DNA of 64,000 nt from Bacteroidales bacterium (GTDB lineage Bacteria > Bacteroidota > Bacteroidia > Bacteroidales > WCHB1-69), in assembly GCA_045130235.1 (NCBI GenBank), contig JBGUPJ010000025.1, positions 16,873 through 80,872 on the forward strand, given 5' to 3'. How positions within the stretch are numbered: position 1 is the stretch's first letter; each line of letters opens with the position of its first letter. The notes beneath the pieces were generated by a model. The model was not told the DNA's origin. It saw only the letters and a program-made list of their open reading frames with translations, and made no database searches. Below are positions 49,188-58,055 of the stretch, piece by piece. The translations under genes were made by a program, and so were the position numbers.

Positions 49188-49985
49188 TTAATCCCAGTCT
49201 TCTGAAACGGGGAATCGCGTTCTCCATGCGTTGAGGCGGGTGTGCGAGAGGGTGGTTTGAAGCAGTTGCGGGGTGCCGGGCTGAGCGGCAGCTTGTACGG
49301 CACCGTTGGGTGCAATTACCTGTGTATCACCTTGGTACTCCCGTCTCTGCGGATCGGTGCCCACGCAGTTGCAGCCCAGCACGTAGCATTGGTTTTCGAT
49401 GGCGCGGGCTCGCAGTAGGGTGCTCCAGATATCGGCGCGGGCGGCGGGCCAGTTGGCCACATACAGCAGGATGTCGTAGCGGAACTGTCCGTTAGTGACG
49501 GCGTTGCGGCTCCACACCGGGAAGCGCAGGTCGTAGCAGATTTGCGGACAGATGCGCCATCCCTGATACTCGAAGATGGTAAGCGTGTCGCCTTTCTGGA
49601 ACAGCTCTGGTTCAGGACTGGTGGGGAAGAGGTGTCGTTTGTCGTAGGTGAATTCAGCCCCGTCGGGAGAGATGAAAAAGAGCCGGTTGTACCAGCCGGT
49701 GGGTTCGTGTACGGCCACGGTTCCGGTGACGGCTGCTTGGCGGGTGGCGGCCAGCTCGCGCATCCATGCCACGATGGTGGAGGCGTTGTCCGACAGCTGG
49801 TTGTCCACGATGAAGCCGGTGGCGAAGTTCTCGGGCAGCACGATGAGCTCTTCGGGGGCGGCATCGCGCAGCATCTCGCTGATGGTGTCGAGATTGTGCC
49901 GCACGTTGTGCCACTGTATGGGGTTCTGCACGAGGGTGACGCGAAGGGTGTCGGGCTGGTTGTGACTGGAGGGAGTGCTGTTCAT
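49188..49985 (-). CDS. nitrilase-superfamily omega-amidase (YafV-like)
   Basis: E-K-C triad context: LPENFATGF, DKRHLF, ICYDLRFPVWSRN, then RARAIENQCYVLGCN. Confidence 0.8.
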   Translation of the reverse strand: MNSTPSSHNQPDTLRVTLVQNPIQWHNVRHNLDTISEMLRDAAPEELIVLPENFATGFIVDNQLSDNASTIVAWMRELAATRQAAVTGTVAVHEPTGWYNRLFFISPDGAEFTYDKRHLFPTSPEPELFQKGDTLTIFEYQGWRICPQICYDLRFPVWSRNAVTNGQFRYDILLYVANWPAARADIWSTLLRARAIENQCYVLGCNCVGTDPQRREYQGDTQVIAPNGAVQAAAQPGTPQLLQTTLSHTRLNAWRTRFPVSEDWD

Positions 49986-50005
49986 GTCAGGCGGTTTTTC
50001 GGCAG

Positions 50006-50013
50006 CAAAGTTA
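50006..50013 (-). promoter_or_regulatory. -7 promoter element TAACTTTG
   Basis: + strand caaagtta, 21 nt upstream of ATG 49985. Confidence 0.4.
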
Positions 50014-50146
50014 CAACATTTTTCCGTTGGAAAGACGGCGGATGAGAAGGAAAAGGTTTTGAATTTATTATAATAAACTAATTTTCAATTGATTATTAAT
50101 TTTGAAAAAAATAATTCGGAAGAGGGGTTTGCATTGAAAAAAGTCG

Positions 50147-50154
50147 TATTTTTG
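50147..50154 (+). promoter_or_regulatory. -7 promoter element TATTTTTG for tRNA-Ser
   Basis: 32 nt upstream of the tRNA 5' end. Confidence 0.5.
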
Positions 50155-50185
50155 CAGCCTCATTACAGCATTAAGCGCGAGACCC

Positions 50186-50272
50186 GGAGAGGTGGGTGAG
50201 TGGCTTAAACCACCAGTTTGCTAAACTGACGTAGGAGTAATCCTACCGCGAGTTCGAATCTCGCCCTCTCCG
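50186..50272 (+). tRNA. tRNA-Ser (GCT), class II with long variable arm
   Basis: GGAGAGGTGGGTGAGTGGCTTAAACCACCAGTTTGCTAAACTGACGTAGGAGTAATCCTACCGCGAGTTCGAATCTCGCCCTCTCCG. The anticodon loop is TTGCTAA and the variable arm is GTAGGA..TCCTAC. Confidence 0.9.
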
Positions 50273-50282
50273 CAAACAAAAA

Positions 50283-50303
50283 GGCGACACGAAAAGTGTC
50301 GCC
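50283..50303 (+). terminator. hairpin immediately after tRNA-Ser
   Basis: GGCGACAC-GAAAA-GTGTCGCC. The flanks CCGCAAACAA / TTGTTTGCAGG extend the inverted repeat. Confidence 0.55.
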
Positions 50304-50307
50304 TTAA

Positions 50308-50463
50308 TTGTTTGCAGGAAGCCGTCGTCCGCTTGCGGACGTAAGGCTGACGGCGAACAATTAGGAGGCCTTGCTGAGCAAAGGCCTTTTGTTTGCAAGG
50401 ACGCCCGCGGCAGCGCAAGGGATATGCAATCCCTCCAGAAGCCGCTTGCGGACGAAAGGATGA
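50308..50463 (+). repeat. two copies of a hairpin-containing motif, TTGTTTGCA(A)GGA...GAAGCCG..CCGCTTGCGGACG(T/A)AAGG(C/A)TGA
   Basis: Copy 1 is 50308-50350 and copy 2 is 50389-50463 (carrying an internal ~35-nt insertion). A GGCCTTGC-TGA-GCAAAGGCC-TTTT hairpin lies between them. Confidence 0.7.
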
Positions 50464-50621
50464 AGGGGGGCGTGAATTATGTCAAAATGGCGTTAGGTGC
50501 AATATGCAATCGTATAAAGATTGACTTTTCATAAATTGGAGTTCTTCGCCGTGGTGCCGCAGAAGTGAGGGGAAATGTCGCAAAAAGCAAAAAGAACTGT
50601 CATTTTTACGCAAAAAAGTGC

Positions 50622-50629
50622 TATTTTTG
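50622..50629 (+). promoter_or_regulatory. -7 promoter element TATTTTTG for the hsdM operon
   Basis: 28 nt upstream of ATG 50657. Confidence 0.5.
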
Positions 50630-50656
50630 CACCATATTTTGCATTAAACCGACAGT

Positions 50657-52159
50657 ATGATAACTGGTAAAATCAAATCCCAAATCGATGCCATCTGGAT
50701 GACGTTCTGGACCGGCGGGATTTCCAACTCCATTGATGTGCTTGAGCAGATGACCTACCTCTTCTTTATGAAGATGCTGGATGATGCTCAGCTGAACAAG
50801 GAAGCCACCGCGCAAGCGATGGGCATGACTGATTTCGAGGACCCGAATGCGGTGTTCAAAAAGGGCAACTGGCACAATCCCGACACCAACAGGGAGGTGC
50901 CGTACCACAACCTCCGCTGGAACGTGTTCCGGCAGTTCACGCCCGAGCAGATGTTCGACACGGTGCGTTTCGATGTGTTCACCTTTATTAAGAATATCAG
51001 TGATGAGAAGACTTCGGCCTATAGCCGCTTTATGAACGATGCCGTGTTCCTCATACAGCAACCTCGCACGCTGGTGAAGGTGGTGGAGGGCATTCAGGAG
51101 TTGGACATGAACGACCGTGACACCATGGGCGATGTGTATGAGTATGTGTTGGGCAAAATGGCCGCGGCAGGCACCAACGGGCAGTTCCGCACCCCGCGCC
51201 ACATTATCCGCATGATGGTGGAGCTGATGCAGCCCAAGCTGGACGACCGCATCTGCGACCCCGCTATGGGAACGGCGGGATTTCTGGTGGAAAGTGCCAA
51301 ATATATGCGCCGGCACCATGCCCAAGAACTGCTGAAGAAGCAGCACCAGACGCATTTCCGTACGAAAATGTTCAGCGGGTTCGATACCGACCCCAAGATG
51401 CTGCGCATTGGCTCGATGAACCTGATGCTCAATGGGGTGGACAACCCGAGTGTGATTGCACAGGACAGCCTCTCGAACCTGAACACTGCTGAAAGTACCT
51501 ACACCCTTTGTTTGGCAAATCCGCCTTTCTCGGGCAGCCTTGATTATGATGTGGTGAACTCGTCGCTGCTGGCAATGGCTCGCACCAAGAAGACAGAGCT
51601 GCTGTTCGTCAGTCTTTTCATCCGCATGTTGGAGTTGGGCGGCCGTTGCGCCTCTATTGTGCCTGACGGCGTTTTGTTTGGCAACAGTACGGGCCACAAG
51701 TCCATACGCAAGGAGCTGGTTGACAAGCAGCGCTTGCAGGCGGTGATTTCGATGCCCAGCGGGGTGTTCAAACCGTATGCAGGTGTCTCCACCGCCATCC
51801 TTATCTTCACCAAAACCAATGCCGGCGGCACCGACAAGGTGTGGTTTTACGACATGAAGGCCGACGGCTTTTCATTGGATGACAAGCGCAATCCTATTGC
51901 TGACAACGACATTCCCGATGTGATTGCCCGTTTCCACAACCTCGCCGCAGAGGAAAGCCGCACCCGCAAAGAGCAGAGTTTCCTGGTGCCTGTGGATGAA
52001 ATCAGAAACAACGGCTACGACCTCAGTATCAATAAGTACAAGGAGGTAGAGAAGGTGAAGGTGGAGTATGAAAATCCCGAGGTGGTGCTGGGAAGGATTG
52101 AGGCGTTGCAAACCGATATCAATGCCGCTTTCAAAGAGTTCAGAGAGAAATATATGTAA
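50657..52159 (+). CDS. hsdM: type I restriction-modification system, DNA methyltransferase subunit M
   Basis: HsdM_N-like start (IWMTFWTGGISNSIDVLEQMTYLFFMKMLD), SAM motif I DPAMGTAGFL and N6-adenine motif IV LANPPFSG. Confidence 0.93.
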   Translation: MITGKIKSQIDAIWMTFWTGGISNSIDVLEQMTYLFFMKMLDDAQLNKEATAQAMGMTDFEDPNAVFKKGNWHNPDTNREVPYHNLRWNVFRQFTPEQMFDTVRFDVFTFIKNISDEKTSAYSRFMNDAVFLIQQPRTLVKVVEGIQELDMNDRDTMGDVYEYVLGKMAAAGTNGQFRTPRHIIRMMVELMQPKLDDRICDPAMGTAGFLVESAKYMRRHHAQELLKKQHQTHFRTKMFSGFDTDPKMLRIGSMNLMLNGVDNPSVIAQDSLSNLNTAESTYTLCLANPPFSGSLDYDVVNSSLLAMARTKKTELLFVSLFIRMLELGGRCASIVPDGVLFGNSTGHKSIRKELVDKQRLQAVISMPSGVFKPYAGVSTAILIFTKTNAGGTDKVWFYDMKADGFSLDDKRNPIADNDIPDVIARFHNLAAEESRTRKEQSFLVPVDEIRNNGYDLSINKYKEVEKVKVEYENPEVVLGRIEALQTDINAAFKEFREKYM

Positions 52160-52161
52160 AA

Positions 52162-53070
52162 ATGGCAAACAAAGGCGCAGCATTAGAACAACTGGTTGCT
52201 TTAATTCAAGAAACATTGAAGGATAGGCAGGATGCGTCGATTCAAACCAATGTGATGTTGGCTGATAGTACGGGAATGAATCGAGAAATTGATGTGTTGG
52301 TTCATACCAAGATACAGGAATTTCCTATACTAATTGCTTTTGAATGTAAGAATTATGCAAAGAAAGCGGTTGATGTTCAAGTTGTGGATGCATTTATAGG
52401 AAAGTGTAAGTATCTTCCACAAATTCATCAAAAAGTAATTGTTTCTACTTCAGGTTTTACGGCTAATGCAACTGCCAGGGCAGAACAGGAAGGAATTAAA
52501 TTGTGTCCAATAGAGGAAATTCCTTTGTATAATATTTTAAGTGAATACCTTGTTTTTAGACCCATTCCAAATTTCCAAGTAGGTGAAACATTTAGCTTGA
52601 CATTTGATTCTAATAATTTGCCTTATGATACTGATATTTTGAATGATGGTAGTTACTTGATAATTGAAAATGCCGAATTTGATTTGAAACGCGAAGTATA
52701 CAAGGAAATAGTGAGTTTGGAATCACAAATGGAACTGGCCAAAAAATACATGGAGAATGAACGCAATCCATTTGTTGAAAATGTCACATTGCATTTTGAT
52801 TCAGGTGTTTACATAAAATGCAAAAATGAATGTAAATATAATGTGAGCGAAATCAAAGTACCCGTTCTCATTGATTTTGTTTTTGATAATGGAAAGATTG
52901 TCAAACAGCAAAAACTCGTACAGGGTGGAAATGTGTATATAACAGAGAATGAATTTAGGAAAATAGATAGTACTTTTAGCACTCTGGTCATTGAGGGTAA
53001 TGGGAAAACAAAAGTACTATTTAAACATGGTGATGAATTTATTGAACCGTCCATAAGAATAGAGTCATGA
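52162..53070 (+). CDS. Mrr-like PD-(D/E)xK restriction-endonuclease-fold domain fused to an unknown ~180-aa C-terminal domain
   Basis: GAALEQLVALIQETL...REIDVLVH...ILIAFECKNYAKKAVDVQVVDAFIGK...VIVSTSGFTANATARAEQEGIKL matches the Mrr_cat layout (D...E-x-K). It starts 3 nt after the hsdM stop and overlaps hsdS by 4 nt. About 32% GC on a hand-counted line. Confidence 0.65.
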   Translation: MANKGAALEQLVALIQETLKDRQDASIQTNVMLADSTGMNREIDVLVHTKIQEFPILIAFECKNYAKKAVDVQVVDAFIGKCKYLPQIHQKVIVSTSGFTANATARAEQEGIKLCPIEEIPLYNILSEYLVFRPIPNFQVGETFSLTFDSNNLPYDTDILNDGSYLIIENAEFDLKREVYKEIVSLESQMELAKKYMENERNPFVENVTLHFDSGVYIKCKNECKYNVSEIKVPVLIDFVFDNGKIVKQQKLVQGGNVYITENEFRKIDSTFSTLVIEGNGKTKVLFKHGDEFIEPSIRIES

Positions 53071-54164
53071 AAGAAAACTGGACATATAAGAAATTTAGTG
53101 AGGTGTTTAACCTACAAATGGGGAAAACACCAAGCCGAGATAATTTGGCATATTGGGGCGGTGATAATGTTTGGGTTTCCATTGCAGATTTAAAGGATAA
53201 ATATATTGAATCATCAAAGGAGCATATTACAGACATTGCTGTTTCTGAAAGTGGAATTAATAAAGTGCCACAAGACACTGCTATTATGAGCTTCAAACTG
53301 ACTATTGGCAGATCTGCCATTACAAAATGTGATTTGTTCACAAATGAAGCCATAATGTCTTTTGAGCCAAAAGAGAAAAACATTTTAGCAGCTGATTATA
53401 TCTATTATTATCTAAAAGGTTGTAAGTGGACTGGGGCAAACAAAGCAGTCATGGGACAAACTCTAAACAAAAAGACCATATCCGAGAATATGTTTGCATA
53501 CCCGTCTTTAGAAACCCAATCCCGCATCGTCTCCGAACTCGACCTCCTCCAATCCATCCTCGACAAGCAGCAAGCCCAACTCAAAGAACTGGACACCCTT
53601 GCACAATCCATTTTTTACGATATGTTCGGCGACCCGGTGGAGAATGAAAAGGGGTGGGAGGTGAAGAAATTAGGTGATGTATGCGAATTAAAAGCAGGTA
53701 AAAGTATTAAAGCGTCAGAACTGTCAAATTTACCAGCAGAAGGACTGTTTCCTTGCTATGGAGGAAATGGTATTAGAGGCTTTATTGCTAAAAAGTCTCA
53801 TAATAAAACATATCCTATTATTGGAAGGCAAGGTGCTTTATGCGGAAATGTTAATATGGCACAAGCACCATTTTATGCCACAGAACATGCAGTGGTTGTT
53901 ACTCCATCTATAGCATTAGATGTTGAATGGCTTTATTTTCAACTTAAGGCAATGAGATTAAATCAATATGCACATGGGGTTGCACAACCTGGATTATCGG
54001 TGCAAGATTTAACTCCACTATACATGATTGTTCCCACTATTAACCTTCAGCAATCCTTCGCCGCAAAGATTGAATCCATAGAAAAGCAGAAAGACGCCAT
54101 CAGCCAATCCATAGCGGAAACGCAGAAGTTGTTTGATTATACGATGGACAAGTATTTTGGATAA
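53067..54164 (+). CDS. hsdS: type I restriction-modification system, specificity subunit S
   Basis: Two target-recognition halves separated by a conserved coiled-coil block (SRIVSELDLLQSILDKQQAQLKELDTLAQSIFYDMFGDP), with a second conserved block at the C-terminus. Confidence 0.92.
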   Translation: MKENWTYKKFSEVFNLQMGKTPSRDNLAYWGGDNVWVSIADLKDKYIESSKEHITDIAVSESGINKVPQDTAIMSFKLTIGRSAITKCDLFTNEAIMSFEPKEKNILAADYIYYYLKGCKWTGANKAVMGQTLNKKTISENMFAYPSLETQSRIVSELDLLQSILDKQQAQLKELDTLAQSIFYDMFGDPVENEKGWEVKKLGDVCELKAGKSIKASELSNLPAEGLFPCYGGNGIRGFIAKKSHNKTYPIIGRQGALCGNVNMAQAPFYATEHAVVVTPSIALDVEWLYFQLKAMRLNQYAHGVAQPGLSVQDLTPLYMIVPTINLQQSFAAKIESIEKQKDAISQSIAETQKLFDYTMDKYFG

Positions 54165-54178
54165 AAAAGAATAGTTAT

Positions 54179-57100
54179 ATGAAATGTTTTGTAGAAAAAA
54201 TAAAAAATCTTTTTGGGAGGAGAAAAACAGATTCCGATGAGTCTGAATTGCGTTTTCACCCGCTAACACCTATTGATAATATTGAAGATCATAAAATCTA
54301 TCAAGACGCCTTGGAATTTTCTTTGCAGCAAGATGCTGTGAAAAACATTGCGGTTACAGGACCTTATGGCTCTGGCAAAAGCAGTGTCATTCAAAGTTTC
54401 TTTAAGAATTCCCCAAATAAATACAAAGTTATCACGTTATCGTTAGCTTCATTCCGCGACTGCGAGGAGGAATTGGGACAATCCGAGCAACAGGAACAAT
54501 CACAACGTGTTAAAAAACAAACAGATAAAGAGCAAACAAATCCAGAGAATAGAAATAATGGTTTTGCTGTTGACTCAAAATTACAACGGTTAATTGAAAT
54601 AAGTCTCCTTCAGCAACTTTTTTATCACGAAAAAGATTGCAAGTTGCCTGATTCACAGTTTAAAAAAATCAAAAAACAATCAAGATGTAAATTGTTGACA
54701 GTAACAGCGTTAGGACTTATCTTCATTTTGTCGCTTTTATATCTTCTGTTTCCAGATTTTCTCAAATCACTTATTGCCTATGACACAACTCATTGGGGGC
54801 AAAATTGGTGTTGGGCACCTTACGTTGCTCCCATTTGTCTGTTAGGAGTGTCTTTTTTTGTTTTGTATAAATTATCTCGGGTACTCATCAACATATCGGT
54901 CAAAAAGCTCAATTTGAAAACTGCTGAAATTGAGATAGACCAAAAGATTGACAAATCCATATTGAACAGCCATATCGATGAAATCATATATTTCTTTGAA
55001 GCAACTGATAATAATGTAGTTGTAATTGAAGATTTAGATAGATTTGAACACTCCGAAATTTTTGTCAAACTCAGGGAAATCAATCGTTTGATTAATAATT
55101 GCGATAAAATTGATCGTAAAATAACCTTTATATATGCTTTAAAAGATGAGGTCTTTGCAGATAAAGACAGAACCAAATTTTTTGATTTTATTCTTCCCAT
55201 TGTTCCCATCATCAATTATTCAAACTCTGGCGAGAAATTGCGGGCTTGTCTTCAAACCGAAATAGCGAAGGGATATATTTCAGAAGATTGTATTGACAAC
55301 ATCTCACTTTTTGTGAATGATATGCGATTGCTGTACAACATTGTTAATGAATACTACATATATTCAGATAAAGTAAACACTAGCAATTCATTGGATCATA
55401 ATAGGTTGTTGTCCATCATTGCCTATAAGAATTTGTATCCAAAGGATTTTTCTGATTTGGCGGAAAACAAAGGTGTATTATTTAATGCCATAAATAAAAA
55501 AGGCGATCTTTTGATGTCACAGATTTTAAGCTATAATCAAAAGATTGAAAAATTGAAAGAAAGAATTTCAGAAGCGACCAAGCAGAGTCTCAAAGATATT
55601 AAAGAGTTGCGATTATTATATTTGAGCAAGATTATAGAAAAATTGAATGGAAATTTTAAATCTTTTGTTTATGATAATGCTGATGTTTCCATGTCAAAAT
55701 GTGCTGAAAATGATGATATTTTCCAACAAGTTATAGATAATAGGATATTGTATAAGAATTTTAATAGGCCGTATAACACCCTTACTGTAGATTTTAAAAC
55801 CATAGAAAAGGAAGTTGATCCCAATGCTTCGTACGAACAAAGATCACAGGCCATTCAAGATAAAAATTCCATTGCAACTTTAGAAACACAAATTAGAGAA
55901 CTTGAAGATGAGCGAGATTCCTTATATAAAAAAACATTGAGTGAACTTTGGCCTGAACATACATCGGACATGAAAGAACAATCAAACCGAGAGGTAATTA
56001 TTGATATCTTCATTCGTAGTGGTTACATTAACGAAAATTATAACGATTACATCTCTATCTTCCACGAGGGAAGTCTTTCACGGTCCGACAATCAATTTAT
56101 CATCAATGTGAAAAGAGGTGTTCAATCCGACATGGATTATTCCTTGAATCACGTGGAAAATGTATTCAGGAAAATCAGTTTTTATAGTTTTGAATACCCT
56201 TGTACTTTGAATGTCAGTCTGGCGAATCACCTATTCGAAAAGTATCCTGATTCAAAACAAGCCGAATGTTTTATAATGCAACTTGCCAATGAATCCCAAC
56301 CATCTTTGGAATTTCTCGAAAAATACATTTTTGTCTGTACAAGTCCGCAGACTCTCTTTTCTAAACTTTGTGCAAGATGGAAAAATATTTGGCGGTTTGT
56401 TAGTTTACATGAGACAAAGGAAGACATAAAAGAGCAATACTATCATTCCATTCTTAAATATGCTGAATTGCAAGATGTTGTAATCGTTTTTGAGCAAAAT
56501 GAAGCCATAATTGCCAACGACCCTTCTTTCCTCAAAAAGAATATAGACCATACTCGAATCCTGGAAATCGTTAAGGGGTTAAACATCAAGTTCTTTTCGC
56601 TTAATCCGAATTATTCTGACGAGGTTTTTGAATTTGTGAGAAAAAATCGCCATTATGTGTTAACACATGAGAATCTAAAGGTTTTAATTCGCAAAGAACA
56701 TTGGGATGCAGATGCTTTCATTCACAAAAACTACTCTTATCTCAACCAATTGGAAGATAAATCCATCCTTGAATACGTGAATGAAAATCTTGCGGACTAT
56801 ATCCGAAATGTTTGGCTAAAATTGGATAGCAAGAGCGAGGAGGAAAAATACCTTATTCAATTAATCAATTCAAAGAAAATTGATTTAACTCTCAAAGAAC
56901 AAGTTGTTGAAAGAGTTGAAGTTTTAATTGACAACATTGAAGACATAGAAGATTCCAACGATTGGGAAATAGTATTTTTGTATATGAAAGTGAGACCCTC
57001 TTGGAAAAATGTAAGAGCATATTCAATAGCCAAAGGTGGGATAACTGGTGCCGTTTTATCGTGTGTAGAAAATGTGTCTTTTGTGAACCAACTTGTAGAA

Positions 57101-57832
57101 AACAAATTTCCACAAGAAGAGGGTTATAAGGATTTAGCTCTTCAACTCATATCTCTTAAAGGAATCTATACGAATTCATATACGAAACTTGTGAGTATAA
57201 TACCTTGGAAGATAACGGAAGTTCCAACAGATTTACCTCGAGAAAATATTCAAATATTGATTGAAAATGATATTGTTAAAGAGGTGATAGCTGCATACGA
57301 ATCATTAAAGGAACATTACAAAGGTTTGCATATTCAATTGATGTTGCACTATTTTGAGGAATTTGAAACTCGTTTTGAGGATTTGCATTTCTCTTCTGAA
57401 GATTTGAGAAGTATATTGAGTGTTAAATCGATTAGCAATAATCAATTACAAAAAATCATCGATTCGTTTGACAATGATACCATTGTTGAAGATATGACAG
57501 CATATAATCAAATATTAGAAAAGGGTATAAAGGGAGAAATTACCATCAATGATGAACTGATAACTGAAGCGATGATGAATCCAAATGTTTTACAAGAAAT
57601 CCGTATTCGATTATTCAATAAATATTATAAACTAATTTCAACAAGTTTTGCCGATTTTATTGATAATTTGGATCAACCGTACAATTTACTTAATGATAAG
57701 GATACACGGTTCTCATATATTCCAAAAAGTGAGTTGAATAAGTCGTTCTTAAGCTTGTTGAGAACATTGAATATCATTGGTACATTTTCAGAAGAACAAG
57801 ACAAATATAAAGTTAATCACAAACGTAAATAA
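54179..57832 (+). CDS. YobI/KAP-like P-loop NTPase, 1217 aa, with two TM helices inserted between Walker A and Walker B
   Basis: Walker A VTGPYGSGKSS (aa 59-69, nt 54353-54385). TM1 ~aa 171-192 (KLLTVTALGLIFILSLLYLLFP). TM2 ~aa 212-231 (APYVAPICLLGVSFFVLY). Walker B VVVIEDLDRFE (aa 280-290). About 900 aa of AT-rich, helix-prone C-terminus with no recognisable effector motif. Confidence 0.7.
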   Translation: MKCFVEKIKNLFGRRKTDSDESELRFHPLTPIDNIEDHKIYQDALEFSLQQDAVKNIAVTGPYGSGKSSVIQSFFKNSPNKYKVITLSLASFRDCEEELGQSEQQEQSQRVKKQTDKEQTNPENRNNGFAVDSKLQRLIEISLLQQLFYHEKDCKLPDSQFKKIKKQSRCKLLTVTALGLIFILSLLYLLFPDFLKSLIAYDTTHWGQNWCWAPYVAPICLLGVSFFVLYKLSRVLINISVKKLNLKTAEIEIDQKIDKSILNSHIDEIIYFFEATDNNVVVIEDLDRFEHSEIFVKLREINRLINNCDKIDRKITFIYALKDEVFADKDRTKFFDFILPIVPIINYSNSGEKLRACLQTEIAKGYISEDCIDNISLFVNDMRLLYNIVNEYYIYSDKVNTSNSLDHNRLLSIIAYKNLYPKDFSDLAENKGVLFNAINKKGDLLMSQILSYNQKIEKLKERISEATKQSLKDIKELRLLYLSKIIEKLNGNFKSFVYDNADVSMSKCAENDDIFQQVIDNRILYKNFNRPYNTLTVDFKTIEKEVDPNASYEQRSQAIQDKNSIATLETQIRELEDERDSLYKKTLSELWPEHTSDMKEQSNREVIIDIFIRSGYINENYNDYISIFHEGSLSRSDNQFIINVKRGVQSDMDYSLNHVENVFRKISFYSFEYPCTLNVSLANHLFEKYPDSKQAECFIMQLANESQPSLEFLEKYIFVCTSPQTLFSKLCARWKNIWRFVSLHETKEDIKEQYYHSILKYAELQDVVIVFEQNEAIIANDPSFLKKNIDHTRILEIVKGLNIKFFSLNPNYSDEVFEFVRKNRHYVLTHENLKVLIRKEHWDADAFIHKNYSYLNQLEDKSILEYVNENLADYIRNVWLKLDSKSEEEKYLIQLINSKKIDLTLKEQVVERVEVLIDNIEDIEDSNDWEIVFLYMKVRPSWKNVRAYSIAKGGITGAVLSCVENVSFVNQLVENKFPQEEGYKDLALQLISLKGIYTNSYTKLVSIIPWKITEVPTDLPRENIQILIENDIVKEVIAAYESLKEHYKGLHIQLMLHYFEEFETRFEDLHFSSEDLRSILSVKSISNNQLQKIIDSFDNDTIVEDMTAYNQILEKGIKGEITINDELITEAMMNPNVLQEIRIRLFNKYYKLISTSFADFIDNLDQPYNLLNDKDTRFSYIPKSELNKSFLSLLRTLNIIGTFSEEQDKYKVNHKRK

Positions 57833-58013
57833 TAGAAAATTCAATTTCGGAAAGGAGGAATGTTTTTTATCAAATGTCGTAACTAAAAGAAAACGAGTAT
57901 CGACAGAATTTATTTGCTTAATGGCAGGCATCTTCGGGACTCGTCACAAGTTGACAAATTGGGGATAATGAGATTAAAGTAAAAACATAAATTCGTATAA
58001 TCAAAATATTCTG

Positions 58014-58021
58014 TATTTTTG
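58014..58021 (+). promoter_or_regulatory. -7 promoter element TATTTTTG for the DUF3791-DUF3990-DUF3791-hsdR unit
   Basis: 35 nt upstream of ATG 58056, in a 223-nt gap after the NTPase gene. Confidence 0.5.
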
Positions 58022-58055
58022 CAAATTGTAATTCAAAAGAAAGAGGCCTAACAGA

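Noticed and set aside
50459-50533. 24-codon ORF (MKGGVNYVKMALGAICNRIKIDFS) in the tRNA-hsdM spacer
   Set aside because: It is too short, has no promoter element or conservation evidence, and overlaps the repeat motif.
50621-51697. 358-aa minus-strand ORF
   Set aside because: It is antisense to hsdM (NPPF and SAM motifs on the + strand) and starts inside the hsdM promoter region.
53067-54164. Phase-variable hsdS shufflon
   Set aside because: No additional hsdS fragments, no inverted repeats within hsdS and no nearby site-specific recombinase are present.
56600-56700. Possible HEPN-type Rx4-6H motif (RHYVLTH) in the NTPase C-terminal region, by analogy with PrrC/RloC
   Set aside because: It is a single degenerate match in a 900-aa region and is expected by chance. 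No supporting second motif or conserved context can be seen without an alignment.
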